The notes beneath the pieces were generated by a model. The model saw only the letters and a program-made list of their open reading frames with translations. It ran no database searches and was not told the DNA's origin. This document shows, in pieces, positions 26,601-41,753 of a stretch of DNA of 64,000 bases. Numbering within the stretch: the stretch's first letter is position 1; each line of letters opens with the position of its first letter. The stretch spans positions 1,984,001 to 2,048,000 of the forward strand of contig NC_092671.1 of NCBI RefSeq assembly GCF_964355755.1, in the 5' to 3' direction. Source of the DNA: Antedon mediterranea. Its lineage: Eukaryota; Animalia; Echinodermata. Both the position numbers and the translations under genes were made by a program.

Positions 26601-29600
26601 TTCAATGCATGAGGGAATAAACACAAACAAACATATGACATTTATTTTTAGATTATCGTTTACGTACATCATTCATAAACTGCCATGCGATAATTCCTGT
26701 TCCAATCACCACTGCCAGCGATTCTACATACAATACAAAAGTGCTACGATTTTGACGTAGTATTACGTCTTGGCAAGTAGCGACACGCAATTTTTGACGT
26801 ATAAATACGCCGTGGCAGTGAACGTGTTAAAAATGCAATGTAAATTATTACCAACCCGAATTCTTACTAATTTAGTAAAAAACAAAAATACAATACTGTA
26901 GTTATCACATTTATTTCTGTTTCCAATAATGTCATGATATTTCTCTTAGTTTGTGAATTTATATTATTATTTGGTATATATTGTAAATAAATTGTATAGC
27001 TCCTAACATGATTTATAACACTACCTTTGTTGAAAACTAATTTACAAAATAAGTGTTAAAACCATTTACTTTTGAACGATCATTCAATAGTGTGTACTAT
27101 TGCATGCCATGTGACACAATCGTTCTATCAAATGACAGGAATTTATTATATAGTATGTTCTATAGCATAGTTTATAACATGATGCAGCAGAAAAAGGTCC
27201 ATAAACAGAGAAGGACACATTTGATATAAAATTAATAATAATTATGCTTTAGGATTATCAGCACAAAATGAATCAAGATCTTGAGCTGGTAATAATATAA
27301 TATTAATAACAACCATTATTTCAATTATGATATTGTGCAAAATAGGAGACAGATATGAGATTAAAAGGAAGCCTGGTGTTATTACGTCTCGCAATTTGAC
27401 TTCATACAACTAGCCAATGAAAGGGCACTCGCTACAAATTCATTAGTAGTAATGCAAGTCTAATTATTTCCATCAGCAAATTAAAACAGTGCTAAGTACG
27501 AGGTCATTTTAAAAACATGGAAAGATAAGAAGTTTTAGGAGTGAAACTCGACTCAAACACTCTTTCAATTACATACTCGACTCAAAATCTCTCTCTCTTA
27601 GACTGATTCTGTCACAAGTACATCCTAGACATCTCAGAATCAAACTTTAGGGCGAATCCAGGATTTTTTAAACAGAGGATTGCAAAACTAACATGTAATA
27701 TTAATAGTAAAAAATAGTTCATAATTTCATTTTAACTTAACTAATGAAGTCTATTGAATCTATTACAGAATAATTACCTCTTCATCAGTATCGTCCGAGT
27801 CTCTTCTTACTGGTTGTGTTCTTGGTGACGAGTCTGGGGGTAAGAAGCCCTTGCTGACTGCTGACAAAAACTCTCCTCGTTTACGTTGAACGATGACAGT
27901 GGTCATGATGACCTTGGGTCGAGGCGTGCAGAGGAACAACCTGGCAACCATCTGTGATAGTGTTTCACACGCTTGCTCTAATTCATCCTGCAACAGCAAA
28001 ATCATTCAATATGATTTTCAGTCTATTATCTTATATGGATGCAAAATATGGGGGCATATAAAAGGAAAAGAAATTGAAAATATCCATCTTAAGCATTGTA
28101 AATATACATTAAATGTCCAGCAGTCGTGTCCCAACGAGGCAGCAAGAAGTGAATTGGGCCATATTCAATTAAAGTATTACAGACATATTAGAATGATAAG
28201 TTACTGGATTAAAATATTAATGATGGAAACCACAAGACTACCAAAAATATGCCTTCTTCAACAAAAGTCCTGGGCCGAGAAGGGAAGCGACTGTTGGGCA
28301 CTAAGTTTAAATATATTCTTAACTATTACGGATTTAATTATATTTTTTATTTAAATTATATAAATAATAATTTCTTACACAATTTCAGCCAGAGGGTATA
28401 CGATACAGTTTTACAGAACGAAAGAGAAATTCTCCAACAAAACCCACGTTTGCGATTTTATAATTATTTTAAAGCTGATTATGTTACAGAAAACTATTTA
28501 CATAATTTAAATTTTAAGTTCAGAACACTTTTATCATTTTCGATTTCGTTTATTTTGTAATACTGGGGAAATTGAAGACAAATTTTTATTTAGCTGTTCT
28601 TTATACAACAACCTGAGACAGAAATCAAAATAAATATACCTATTTGAATTATGTATTTAGAAATAAAAGAGAATTAAGACTGTTTGCTATATACATTGAC
28701 AAAAGTTTTAACTTAAGGAATGTCCAAATCAAGAGAAATAATTTTATTTTAATGTTTTAGAAAATGCTTTAGTTTAAGAAACGACCGCCTAAATATTGAT
28801 TCATGTTATTATGTAATATAGGTCAAAGGTCAAAATTACGAATAAAGAAAGAAAGAAAGAAAGAAAAGTCATACACCTAACAGACTAAAGCTCTGTCTAA
28901 AACAAAAAGTGTGATGTGCCCAAATATGGTAGTGAAATGACATCATCATGTCCATATTATGGGCACATAAAATTTTGTTGTCACATAAAGTTAAGCTCTG
29001 TCTACACTATCAAACTTTATGTGATGTGCCCATATTTGGACCTGATCACATATGGTATCACTACCATATTTGATCATATCCTACCATATTTGGGCACACC
29101 ACATTTTTGTTGTCACATAAAGTTTGATATTGTAGACAGACCTTAAGACACACATACACACCTAATTGAGTTGAAACATAAAACATTACCTGCATAAATT
29201 CAAATATTTGTTTACTTCCATCCTTGTCTTCCAAGTAGTAGCCATATGCATATGAGTATTTCAAGATGTGTCTTGCTTTCAACAATTCAATTATTGCATC
29301 CTTGATGAAATCAGTATCAGAAGCTAAAAAAAGACAAAAAGCTACATAATTGCATGTATTTATTTGGGGCACTCTCTTTCTGTGAGCAATTGCATTTTTT
29401 AGTTTATCCAGGTAAGTATGCATAATTGTAATAGAAAGGAATAGTGTTTTCTTTCTGGCTGTTTTACTTTATCAATTTGATTTAGCTTTTTGCTTATTTT
29501 ATTTGTATCTCCATTGAGATTCAGCCACTGATACCCACAGCATTGTCATTTTTTCAGTGCTTATTTTATTTTGTATCTCTATTGAGATCCAGCCACTGAT

Positions 29601-32600
29601 ACCCACAGCATTGTCATTTTTTCAGTGCTTATTTTATTTTGTATCTCCATTTAGATCCATCCACTGATACCCACAGCATTGTCATTTTTTCAGTGCTTAT
29701 TTTATGTTTTATCTCCATTGAGATCCAACCACTGTATCATTTTTCAGTAATTTGAATTTATTATAATGAAAGATCAAATACATCACCATTTCTGAATTTC
29801 TATTTTAGAAAATAAGCCAGCAATAACATTGAATACTATTTGTAAATTTAATAAATTATAGTTAATAAGATTTGTAATTGTAATCATAGGATGTTTTCCA
29901 TTTAGAAGTTGGATCGCTTGTTATAATTACATCAGTGTATTTCATACATTAATGTTCTTTACCTAATGAAATAGAAACACAGTCCTTTGCAAAGATAAGA
30001 TTGAATCCTGTGTTGGTAAAGTCTTACATGATTACATTATTCAATTTCGTGAATGAGATTAAGCAAACTGGATTAAGTGATTATAATATCAAAATTTGAT
30101 GGGATTAAATTTGTGAAATAGAAAATGATGAATGATTGAGATTTAGAACATTATAATGAAAATGGAATATGGTTCAATACAAAATAATACACTGATTTTC
30201 CATACTGTATCTTAATTATGAACATTCCATGATACAGTGTCACATGTTTGTCCCAAGTTACAACTGTTTCATAGAAAATAGGTTAAATTTAAGAAAATGT
30301 CACCTGTGATACTGTATTAAGAAATTTGCATATGAACATTGATATACTATGACATTTCCCTAGATACACTGGGAGAATCTTGAAATACAACTTATCAACT
30401 GTTTTGAATAATACAGTAGAACCTCTATTAAGGGGACACCTTTAGAACCTAACAACGTCCCCTTGTTATAAGGTTCCTATAATAGGGTTTAGCTGTAGTG
30501 TTAAAACATTATTTCCCCTTGTTATAAGTGTTCCTATAATAGGGTTTAGCTGTAGTGTTAAAACATATTTCCCCTTGTTATAAGTGTTCCTATAATAGGG
30601 TTTAGCTGTAGTGTTAAAACATATTTCCCCTTGTTATAAGTGTTCCTATAATAGGGTTTAGCTGTAGTGTTAAAACATATTTCCCCTTGTTATAAGTGTT
30701 CCTATAATAGGGTTTAGCTGTAGTGTTAAAACATATTTCCCCTTGTTATAAGTGTTCCTATAATAGGGTTTAGCTGTAGTGTTAAAACATATTTCCCCTT
30801 GTTATAAGTGTTCCTATAATAGGGTTTAGCTGTAGTGTTAAAACATATTTCCCCCTGTTATAAGTGTTCCTATAATAGGGTTTTGCTGTAGTGTTAAAAC
30901 ATATTTCCCCTTGTTATAAGTGTTCCTATAATAGGGTTTAGCTGTAGTGTTAAAACATATTTCCCCTTGTTATAAGTGTTCCTATAATAGGGTTTAGCTG
31001 TAGTGTTAAAACATATTTCCCCTTGTTATAAGTGTTCATATAATAGGGTTTAGCTGTAGTGTTAAAACATATTTCCCCTTGTTATAAGTGTTCCTATAAT
31101 AGGGTTTAGTTGTAGTGTTAAAACATATTTCCCCTTGTTATAAGTGTTCCAATAATAGGGTTTAGCTGTAGTGTTAAAACATATTTCCCCTTGTTATAAG
31201 TGTTCCAATAATAGGGTTTAGCTGTAGTGTTAAAACATATTTCCCCTTGTTATAAGTGTTCATATAATAGGGTTTAGCTGTAGTGTTAAAACATATTTCC
31301 CCTTGTTATAAGTGTTCATATAATAGGGTTTTGCTGTAGTGTTAAAACATATTTCCCCTTGTTATAAGTGTTCATATAATAGGGTTTAGCTGTAGTGTTA
31401 AAACATATTTCCCCTTGTTATAAGTGTTCATATAATAGGGTTTAGCTGTAGTGTTAAAACATATTTCCCCTTGTTATAAGTGTTCCTATAATAGGGTTTA
31501 GCTGTAGTGTTAAAACATATTTCCCCTTGTTATAAGTGTTCCTATAATAGGGTTTAGCTGTAGTGTTAAAACATATTTCCCCTTGTTATAAGTGTTCCTA
31601 TAATAGGGTTTAGCTGTAGTGTTAAAACATATTTCCCCTTGTTATAAGTGTTCCTATAATAGGGTTTACCTGTAGTGTTAAAACATATTTCCCCTTGTTA
31701 TAAGTGTTCCTATAATAGGGTTTAGCTGTAGTGTTAAAACATATTTCCCCTTGTTATAAGTGTTCCTATAATAGGGTTTAGCTGTAGTGTTAAAACATAT
31801 TTCCCCTTGTTATAAGTGTTCCTATAATAGGGTTTAGCTGTAGTGTTAAAACATATTTCCCCTTGTTATAAGTGTTCCTATAATAGGGTTTAGCTGTAGT
31901 GTTAAAACATATTTCCCCTTGTTATAAGTGTTCCTATAATAGGGTTTAGCTGTAGTGTTAAAACATATGTCCCCTTGTTATAAGTGCTCCTATAATAGGG
32001 TTTAGCTGTGGTGTACATATTTCCCCTTGTTCATTTCACAGGAAAGTGTCCCCTTAAAAGGAGGTGTCTAAAGGTATGGTTTCTGCTGTAGTTAATTAAT
32101 ATTCATTTAATTTGAATAAATTTGCATAAAATTAACAGACAATAATACATACCAGCAGTACAGGCCTTTGTTCCCTCTAGAGCTTTCATCTTCATTGTGA
32201 CTCTTTTTTTCAACGGTTCTTCCAGTTTCAGACTATTTTCGTGATTCTTATACCGCGTATAGTAATGCAAAAAACGGTTCAGGCATATCATCTCTTGATT
32301 CTTCTTCTCAGCCTGAATGATATTAAATAATTTTGTAACAAAATTTTATCAAAAAAATCAAAATGTTTATATTTGTTGTTACTATGTAGGCCTAAAATAC
32401 ATTTTGAAAATCATTCAGGTTGGGTTAGACAAGACAGGGATGTAGTAAGGTATATTTAATAAAAATGGACCTGAAATGGATTTTCGATTTTTTTCATTTT
32501 AGAATGATGTTTTGGGGGCTATTAGGTGTTGCTAGAATGTATATTGTTACAAAATATAAATTCGCCCTTTTGGGGAAAGCCCCATTTGAAAATCAACAAA

Positions 32601-35600
32601 ATTCGCGGGTGACGTCACTTTGCGAATATATTCCTATCCCTCCAATGGACAATTTGCAGTTTTTTGGCTATAACTCTTGAAATATATGGAGTATTTTCTA
32701 AAAAATGCTTGTGCATTTGCAGAAACGTATTTAGAATTTTTTTAGATAACATTATTACCGTATAAACGGTTATTCATCGAGTAAATGACAATTAAAAATC
32801 TTCAAATCAACGTTTTTTTTCTGGCAATACCGAAGTTAGCCTGGCAACGTTGTCCGGGATACAGCGACGTGTGCAATGATGCGTATCCATATTTTCCGTT
32901 CGTGTATTTTGTATATCGTTCGTAATTTATACTGCTGAAATGTGTTAGTTTCTTTATTTTTTAGTTTAGCAGAATTAAATTAGTAATATCAGATGATAAT
33001 TTATTTGTCACGAATCAGGCAGTTTGAAAACAAATTTTATTCATATTTTACTTTGGCTTGACAATGTGCAGCAAGTTGTTGATATTGCTTTGGTCCTTGG
33101 ATGCACACTAAACGGAGCCTCGCATGTGGGTGGGTGGTGGATCGCGCGCTGGGGGCCTAGGCCTAGTAATGATTTGGGAGGTAGGCCTTCTAAATTCGGG
33201 TTTTAGAACAAAGTACATTTTAGGGACCTATATTTCAACAACATTAGATATTGAATAAATTAGTATTAGTGTCAACGCTTCGCGTATCTTTCCAGGCCGT
33301 CGATCATTCACTGACTATCGGGCGGCATACACGCTCTCGATATCGTCGTGTGTATATGTGACATCGTGAATATAGAGGCTCCTGACGGCCGTTGAAATAG
33401 AATATTGCAATGGCGTGAGTAATTTTCGCTAATTTACCAAGGTATCTTAAAATTTCGTTTTTCTCAAAATACTATACATTTTGTTTTTATTTGTATGGGC
33501 TTGTGTTAATTTGATACATTTAAATAACATGTGTGAATTTCTTGAAAATCGAAAGTCCATTTCAGGTCCATTTTAATTGTTGACCAAGCACCTTTAAATT
33601 GGTAGCACTCACAATATGTGGTGCGCACAAGAAACAAAACAAAACAGAAAAGAACATATTGAGGAAAAAAAGATATGAGATATGAATAACTAAACTATAA
33701 CTACTTTCTGTTATCGTGTTATATATCTGTTTTGAAATGAAAATTTAAAAAAATAAATAAAAACTATTTACAAGGAACAATACATTACTATAAATCATTG
33801 GGAGTACTTTAAAAGATCCATCACTTTATTCACATGAATCATACATATAAAAACAATGATTTAAAAATTGTTTGAAAAAGAAAAGTAACATTTCAAAATT
33901 GAAAATAAAATATAAAAGTATGAAATGAAACATGTGAAGGGACGTAAGCGAATAGCTTTAAGTGTACAGCTCATGATAATAGTAAAACATGTGAAGGGAC
34001 GTAAGCGAATACCTTTAAGTGTACAGCTCATGGTAATAGTAAAACATGTGAAGGGACGTAAGTGAATAGCTTTAAGTGTACAGCTCATGGTAATAGTAAC
34101 ATGTGAAGGGGCGTAAGCAAATAGCTTTAAGTGTACAGCTCATGGTAATAGTAAAACATGTGAAGGGACGTAAGTGAATAGCTTTAAGTGTACAGCTCAT
34201 GGTAATAGTAAAACATGTGAAGGGACGTAAGTGAATAGCTTTAAGTGTACAGCTCATGGTAATAGTAAAACATGTGAAGGGACGTAAGTGAATAGCTTTA
34301 AGTGTACAGCTCATCGTAATAGTAAAACATGTGAAGGGACGTAAGTGAATAGCTTTAAGTGTACAGCTCATGGTAATAGTAAAACATGTGAAGGGACGTA
34401 AGCAAATAGCTTTAAGTGCACAGCTCATGGTAATAGTAAAACATGTGAAGGGACGTAAGTGAATAGCTTTAAGTGTACAGCTCATGGTAATAGTAAAACA
34501 TGTGAAGGGACGTAAGTGAATAGCTTTAAGTGTACAGCTCATGGTAATAGTAAAACATGTGAAGGGACGTAAGTGAATAGCTTTAAGTGTACAGCTCATG
34601 GTAATAGTAAAACATGTGAAGGGACGTAAGTGAATAGCTTTAAGTGTACAGCTCATGGTAATAGTAAGAAACAATTATACTGATTGTCAATAGATATATA
34701 AACGATAAAAAGTTATTGAAAAAGAAATAATAATTATCACAATCATAGCATACATCAAATACAACCAGTAGATGATTTAGTGATGGGGTTTGCCGTAGTG
34801 TTAAAACATATGATCTTTAAAGTAGTGGGTGTCCGAATGTCATTGTTGGGTGACAATAATTTGAGATGTAACTTACATCTTCTCGATCCGTCTCCATTTT
34901 GCCGTGTACCTTCTGGACAGCTTCAAAGCGATTGCAGCGAAAATAACCACCAGTCTCTGAACTGTGCTTATTCCAAGGCTCCAAACAAACCCAGCAAAAG
35001 TCATTCTTGCACTGTTAACAGAAAAAAAGAATCAAAGAGTGAAAAATAGTAGAATTGACAGATTTGATTTATTTTGATACCATACACAGAAAATAGATGA
35101 AAACAAAAAGCGCAATCAATTCGGAAAAACATGGAGAGATGTAATTGTAAATAACTTAACCAGTTGGGGAGGGGTAAGGTTATGCAGGCTAGTTATTGAA
35201 AGATATTTTGAGGATTATTTCAATATTATACTACTGCAGTTAATGTAGTAACTACATATTGCTACAGGAATAACATACACAATTTTAGTTTGTTTTTGAT
35301 GCTAAGTTTATGAATGCAGTCATTGCAAGAAACAGTGTGTATGATACCCAGAAAAAGTTTTGGTAAATACTTGCATAAACAGGTTAAAGACCAAACAAAA
35401 AATGTAGTTACTGCAGCAACAGCAGTAAAATAATGTTGTCATGGTGCCTTACCTTAGTACATTTCATGTGATTGCAGCCTTCGTTCTTTTGTATTGGTGA
35501 TGTGCATTTTGGACAAGGTTTTGAGTTGGTTACAAGCCAGAGTAGGTTGGCCACCGATTCGGATTCCTGCGCTGTTCCACTTACTAATTTTATAAAAAGA

Positions 35601-38600
35601 TTATTACAAATTAAACTCTGTCTACACTATCAAACCTTATGTGAAAAAAAAATGTGATGTGCCCATATATGGACATGATGATGTCATATCACCAAATTTG
35701 GGCACATCACACTTTTTTAAGTTAGACAGTGTAGACAGAGCTTAAGACTCCAAATGTGAGGGACAACATTACGATAATAATAAGTATTCTCATTGTACTG
35801 AGAATTCAGTACAATTGAATCAGAATATAGTAATATAAAACTCCAAATGTGAGGTATCTTCTGCAATCCTTCTATGATGATTTATTAAATATCAAAATGT
35901 TAAATGACTCGGTCTCAAGATCTAATCTTATGTTATAAACTTACATACTTTATTATCATTTAGGCTTCAAAATAAATTTCATCAATAAACTTTAATATTC
36001 ATTGTTTATATACTTCTACTTACATTCCTCTGGTTTGACTTCACTTGTCTTTTCTTTCCATTTCTGTAAATTACTACAGCTACAAGGCTCATGTGGTTCT
36101 CCACAACATTCCCTATTAAAAACAGAAAACTTAATAATTTAAGTATATAAAAAGCAAAGGCCTATTTCCTTCCATTGAGGAAATGACAGTCAAAGGGTTA
36201 CTGTACGTTCAAAATATAATAAGTGTTCGTGTAGGAGAAAAAAAATTGTTTAAAGGAGTATTTTGCATAAAAAAAAAATTCTCCCTAAAAAAAAAGAAAT
36301 ATTTTATTATATTAATAACAAGTGTAGTATTTTTAACTGTATCAATCAAACACCTTTATATTTAAAAGTTCTATTTCTAGATGTCCATTAATTTCATTCT
36401 TTTAAATTTTATTTATAAGAAAATTATTTTTTCTGCCTTCACTATCATATAAGTTATTAATTATTAACTTCTCAGATTGGATAAAAAAAAGAAGAAATAG
36501 AAAACAAATACAGTAAAGTCAATTGATACATTTTACATACTTAGGGTTAGGTACTTTACTTTAGGCCATATCAATAAAACGGTTTTATTTTTTCATTTTC
36601 CAAATGGCTTAGTTGAGGTTATCACAAAAAGCGATGGATTAGAGAAAGGTGAAGATGCCATGTTTGAATTTGCGTCATTCTTTACAATAATAGAATGTGT
36701 GGTGCGATCTTTGTGAACCATTTGTTTGTTTTAATATGTATAATTAATTAATCATTATTGTTGAACTATTTTTACACTGGAAATGACGTAAAACTAAATG
36801 TAAAGATTCATTTTATTTGTTTATTGTAATCTACAATAATGTTCAGACAGAAATATAAACTTTTAAATATATATTTATATACCGCACTGCACATAATATT
36901 GTTAAAATATTAGTAAAATTGTATTTTGTATGTGCAAGGCCCTAGGGAAGAACAACCATGTGTTGATCTCAGTTGTTTAATAAAGTTGAATTGAATTGAA
37001 TTGTGAGTTTTGTAATGTAATGTTTTATACTAGAATAAAAAAATGTCTTTATTTTGAAATAAAGCCACAGAAACTGTTCATATTTATGTAGTAATTTAAT
37101 CATACTGTTAAAGTATGTATTTTAATTTTATGGTAATTAATTTTAGAATGTATATTCTTTTTATGTGTATTGGAATTTAATTACATTTGAACTAAATAAA
37201 ACATAAAATATGCTATAACATTCAATGTACTGGATGAATACCCATTTTATAGATTCAATTTCCTGCCTGAAGAGTAACAAACGGTTAATTACCATTGCTT
37301 TTAGGATTTTTTATAAGACAATAAATCTTGTAATTTAAATAAATAATTATAATAACCAACCAACAGAAACTGTGTCCCTGACTACATGTGACCGCTCTTG
37401 ACATGGGAGGGGGTGATGGCGTCCTTCGTCGTCTGTTATTGGACGATGGTGGGTCTTGAGGAAGTTTTACTGCGCAACTGCATCCAGGCTTGGGGCACCA
37501 TTTTATAAATGGATTTGTGTCCACAAAAGCCTGCAAAATACAAGACAAGAATTTATGTATAGTGAAGTGTAAAAAGTTAGTTTTCTTGATCCAGACTTTA
37601 GTGAAGCTGTAGTATGGTAGTTAACAATACTAAACATGTATGAATGCTGGTTTTTTGTCTCACACAGATATGTGGCTATTTCTCATGCATCCATAACATA
37701 TTTAACTTGCCCTAGAAACAATAACATAGGCCTACGCCTTACTAATTAATTGGAGAATAAGTTAGCCCTGGCCTATGTTTATACGTATTATTCTGGTCAA
37801 TAGCACAGGAATGGCTATCAATTTGGTGTTACCATGGAGAAATAAGTTAACTTATTTCTCCATGGTGTTACATAAAATATCCCAATACATGGAGTCTGGT
37901 AAATCAAAGCTAATCCAGATTATGTTGATTAGAACATAGAGGGCAGCAGGCATAAAAGTATTGGGATCAAGTTAAATTAATTTAGCTCCAAAACTACTTA
38001 AAGTAATTTACTTTCACGTAAACCAGCACTGACGTAAACCCATAACACTGTGCTTTATTTGTAGCATAGGGATTTGGATTCGACAGTCGAAGAATTTGAC
38101 TGTCAATATTTAACCTTTACTATAGCAGCCGCAAAATAAATCATACCAGATATTTTTAGGTCGGGTCAAAGAAAAGGTTAGATTTTAAATGCGGGTTGAC
38201 AGTTTCTTATGTGTTTTAAGTAGCCTTGTTAATGTTCTCTGTCACCTAGATCAAGTAGGCACAAATCATGCTTAAATGTCAGTACAACGAAATACTTTGA
38301 ATAGTAAATTTGTACAATTACACTTCTGGGGCAAACAACCTAGTTCAAATACTATGCTAATTTGTCTCAATTCTTGTAAATGTCAAAATATTTCCAAAAA
38401 TGTCTAGGTTTTAACAAATACCAACAGTGTTAGTTGATCATAATTAATTATTAATAATAAAAACAATATCAAGTCAATGTGAGAATGAAATGGCTTATGG
38501 GGAAAAACCTCTAAAAAACAATATTTAAGAAAGACATTTTGAAAGCTCAGCTGCATAAAGTGACTAACCCATGAGCAAAAGTTCTGCACAGTAAAAGACT

Positions 38601-41600
38601 ATGATGATTTTATTTTTATTTTGTTTGTTTATTTATTATTTTTTTTATACTAGGTGACCTCTTCAGTCAAATATTGGTCTCCCAGAGGTCACAGTTACGA
38701 TCAGTGGCTGTGTGAACTAGTACCGTGGCAGGTTTAAAAGCATAAACACAGTAAAGTTTGCTATACACAATATGAAGTTGAGTAAGACTTGATTTTACTG
38801 TTGTTTACCTTACTTTCAGACATGCTGGTCATGTATGCATCACATGCTCATGGAAAACTTACCCTAATGTCAAACTGCAGGTATTTCCTTGCTATATCTC
38901 TTGGTACAACATCTTCTACCACCTCAACTGGAACAAGCTTTGGACAATTGTACGCTGGACACATTATGTTATGAATATCACCTTCTGTTATCTTACCAGT
39001 TAAATATCTTAAAGACAAAATAACACAAATTTATGTTTACTATATATTATACATTAAAATTCTTTTATTGCCCAATGGAAATAACAAAATAAGTATCTAA
39101 AATTAGAATGGTTCGGCAGAATAGTCTGTATGCAGATACACTGTCCTCATTCTACCATTACACAATTTAGAAGTAGAGTGGATGGTCTGTGTCCCCAAAA
39201 TATTCGAAATTCTTTAATGGTAGATCGGGCCTAGCGACACAAAAACCATTGCAAGTTTCCACACAAGGTATCGCTATGCAGCTTTAATATAAACATATTT
39301 ACAGATTTTTCAAAGAAGAACTGAAACTATAAAAATGATCCATATTAAATATTATTACTCTTTATTGATTTATTTTATAACTTGCTTGAGAAGGATATAT
39401 CTGGGTTTTGAATTTCAATTGTTTATTAAGAGCATTTTTAAAAGGGGTTTAAACAAGTGGAAAATGGTGATAGCAAAAGCTTATACATTTATCTCTCTCA
39501 ATACCAGACACCCTTACGCCACCATTGAGTAAAAAAACATATTTTAACAGGACACACATTTGAAAAATTAACACCTATGTGGTAATCAATAATCAATCAA
39601 TAATAATCAATAACCAATCAATAATCATCAATAACGAATCAACAATGACCAATAACCAATCAATAATAACCAATAAATAATAATCAATTAATAATGATCA
39701 ATAACCATACCTTATCCAGCAATCACGACAAAATGCATGCATACAAGGAATCTCAATCGTAGCTTGGTCATCTTCGATGGTATCTTCACAAATCTCACAC
39801 TGCAATTAATATTACAAATTACAAACATATTATTAATATTTATGCACCAAGGTTAACCAAGTAAGAAAGGCATTATATAAAGCTTAGGAACTGAAGATTA
39901 ATACTAGCATTATTTAAAAATCCTATCATTATCAGCAACATCATTATAGTTTTTCATTGATGTCATTATGGAGATATTAATGTTTTTTGTTATTAATATT
40001 AAATTGTATCATTATTAAATGTTATCAATATTATTAGTTACTGATTTTAACAAATTAAACTGCCACCACCGTCATTGTCACCATAACACAATAATCGATA
40101 CCAATAACAGGTATCCATTCATCTCATCCTATCCTATCCTATCCATCCATCCATCAATCCACACCTATTCATCAATTCCACCCATCCATCTCATCCATCC
40201 AATCCCTTAACATTCATTTATATAGTTTATACAGTTTTGCTCACCATTATAATATTATAATCATCATTATCATTATCACCATCATATAATCAGATTTGTT
40301 TTATCCTATGCCTTTGTTTTTCCTGACCTGTTTTATGTTTGTATTGTCAAATACAAAAATTAAATGTTACAAGCTTACCGTCAAGGAGTTGATAGGAAGA
40401 GGGTCAGTAGCGGACATTGATGTGAGTGGATGAGGGTCAGTAGCGGACATTGATGTCAGTCGATGTTCCCTCTTTAGACTGTCCAGATTGGCAGGGGGTT
40501 GTACACCATTCATTTCACAACAGGCCTTAGCATCTTTCATCCAGGACTCTAGTAAAGCTTCTCGTGACCATTCTATTGGTTAAAAATAAAAATGTATTTG
40601 TTACGGGCTTCGCATGAGTCCGAGCGGTTTGCTTATATAGTCATATAGGAGAAACGTCCGAGCGGTTTAATATTTAAAGTTATCAGACAAAGATGAACAT
40701 CAAAAATGCAGTAAAGTTAAAGTAAAAGTATATTTCTTTAATGAACAGGCGCTCTTGCTGGCCTGTGTCTGTTCACCTTCATGCCAAAACTAAAACTAAA
40801 CTTAAAACATCTCATCTTAACTATTTAAAAAACCCACTCTGACTTCTGATTGGCCAACAATATTCCAAGTAGTTTGATAAGTTAGCCTTTTTCAAAAATT
40901 GAGACAAAATTACCGTTAACTTTGTCTGGGGCTTTTTTCTAGGCCACATGGTACCATATGATATGTGTAACTGTAAGAGGAGTAACTAAAGGTTACTGGA
41001 TAATAACCTCTTTAGCATGAGTTATTATCACACCCCCCTACTGAATAAAAGAGTGTGTCACTCTTCTAAAAATAGTATGTCCTTAACTACAGTACTTAAT
41101 AGCTAAACCAATATAATATGAGAATATAAAACTGAAATGTTCAAAGTAGTTTCAAATGTTTAGCTTGCAGTATTAAAATTAAAAATGCATTGTTTATAAT
41201 TTCTACTGCTACATCATCAAAATGTAAAGTTCATTGTTCAAGTTATTGTTCATCAATGGTATGGTGTCCACTGTGTTAAATTTAACTTCAAAATCATAAA
41301 GTGTTCTGCAGTTCTGCAAAAATCACGCTGTCAAAAGTAAAATATCAATCAAATTAATTACATAAAAGTTTTTCTTCAATGCTCCTCATTTCACTGTTGC
41401 ACTGCTGTCAATCATAAATGTAAGAGTTCATAAACAGGTCACAGTGTTCAAAGTTTGTATAAAAGAAGATGATGGGGTTAATGGTCACATTCATAACATT
41501 TTATGGCAACAGTTCGAGATGCACTTTATGCTTAATTCTACATCTTAAATAATATAATATCATAATAAATCAGCTGTACTACAATACAGTAAAGTGTCTA

Positions 41601-41710
41601 ATACCAAGTGTAAGTTGGTAGTACATATAACCTTCAATATTGTGAAGTGCTCTGGCCAATTGTTAGTTGGTGATGCTAAATATAATCTTTACTGACAATA
41701 CAGATATTAT

Positions 41711-41753
<43 letters not shown>

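Noticed and set aside
33861-34674. 200-aa and 75-aa repetitive ORFs ([19 protein letters not shown])n
   Set aside because: By-product of a 57-bp (multiple-of-3) intronic minisatellite; no splice or homology support.
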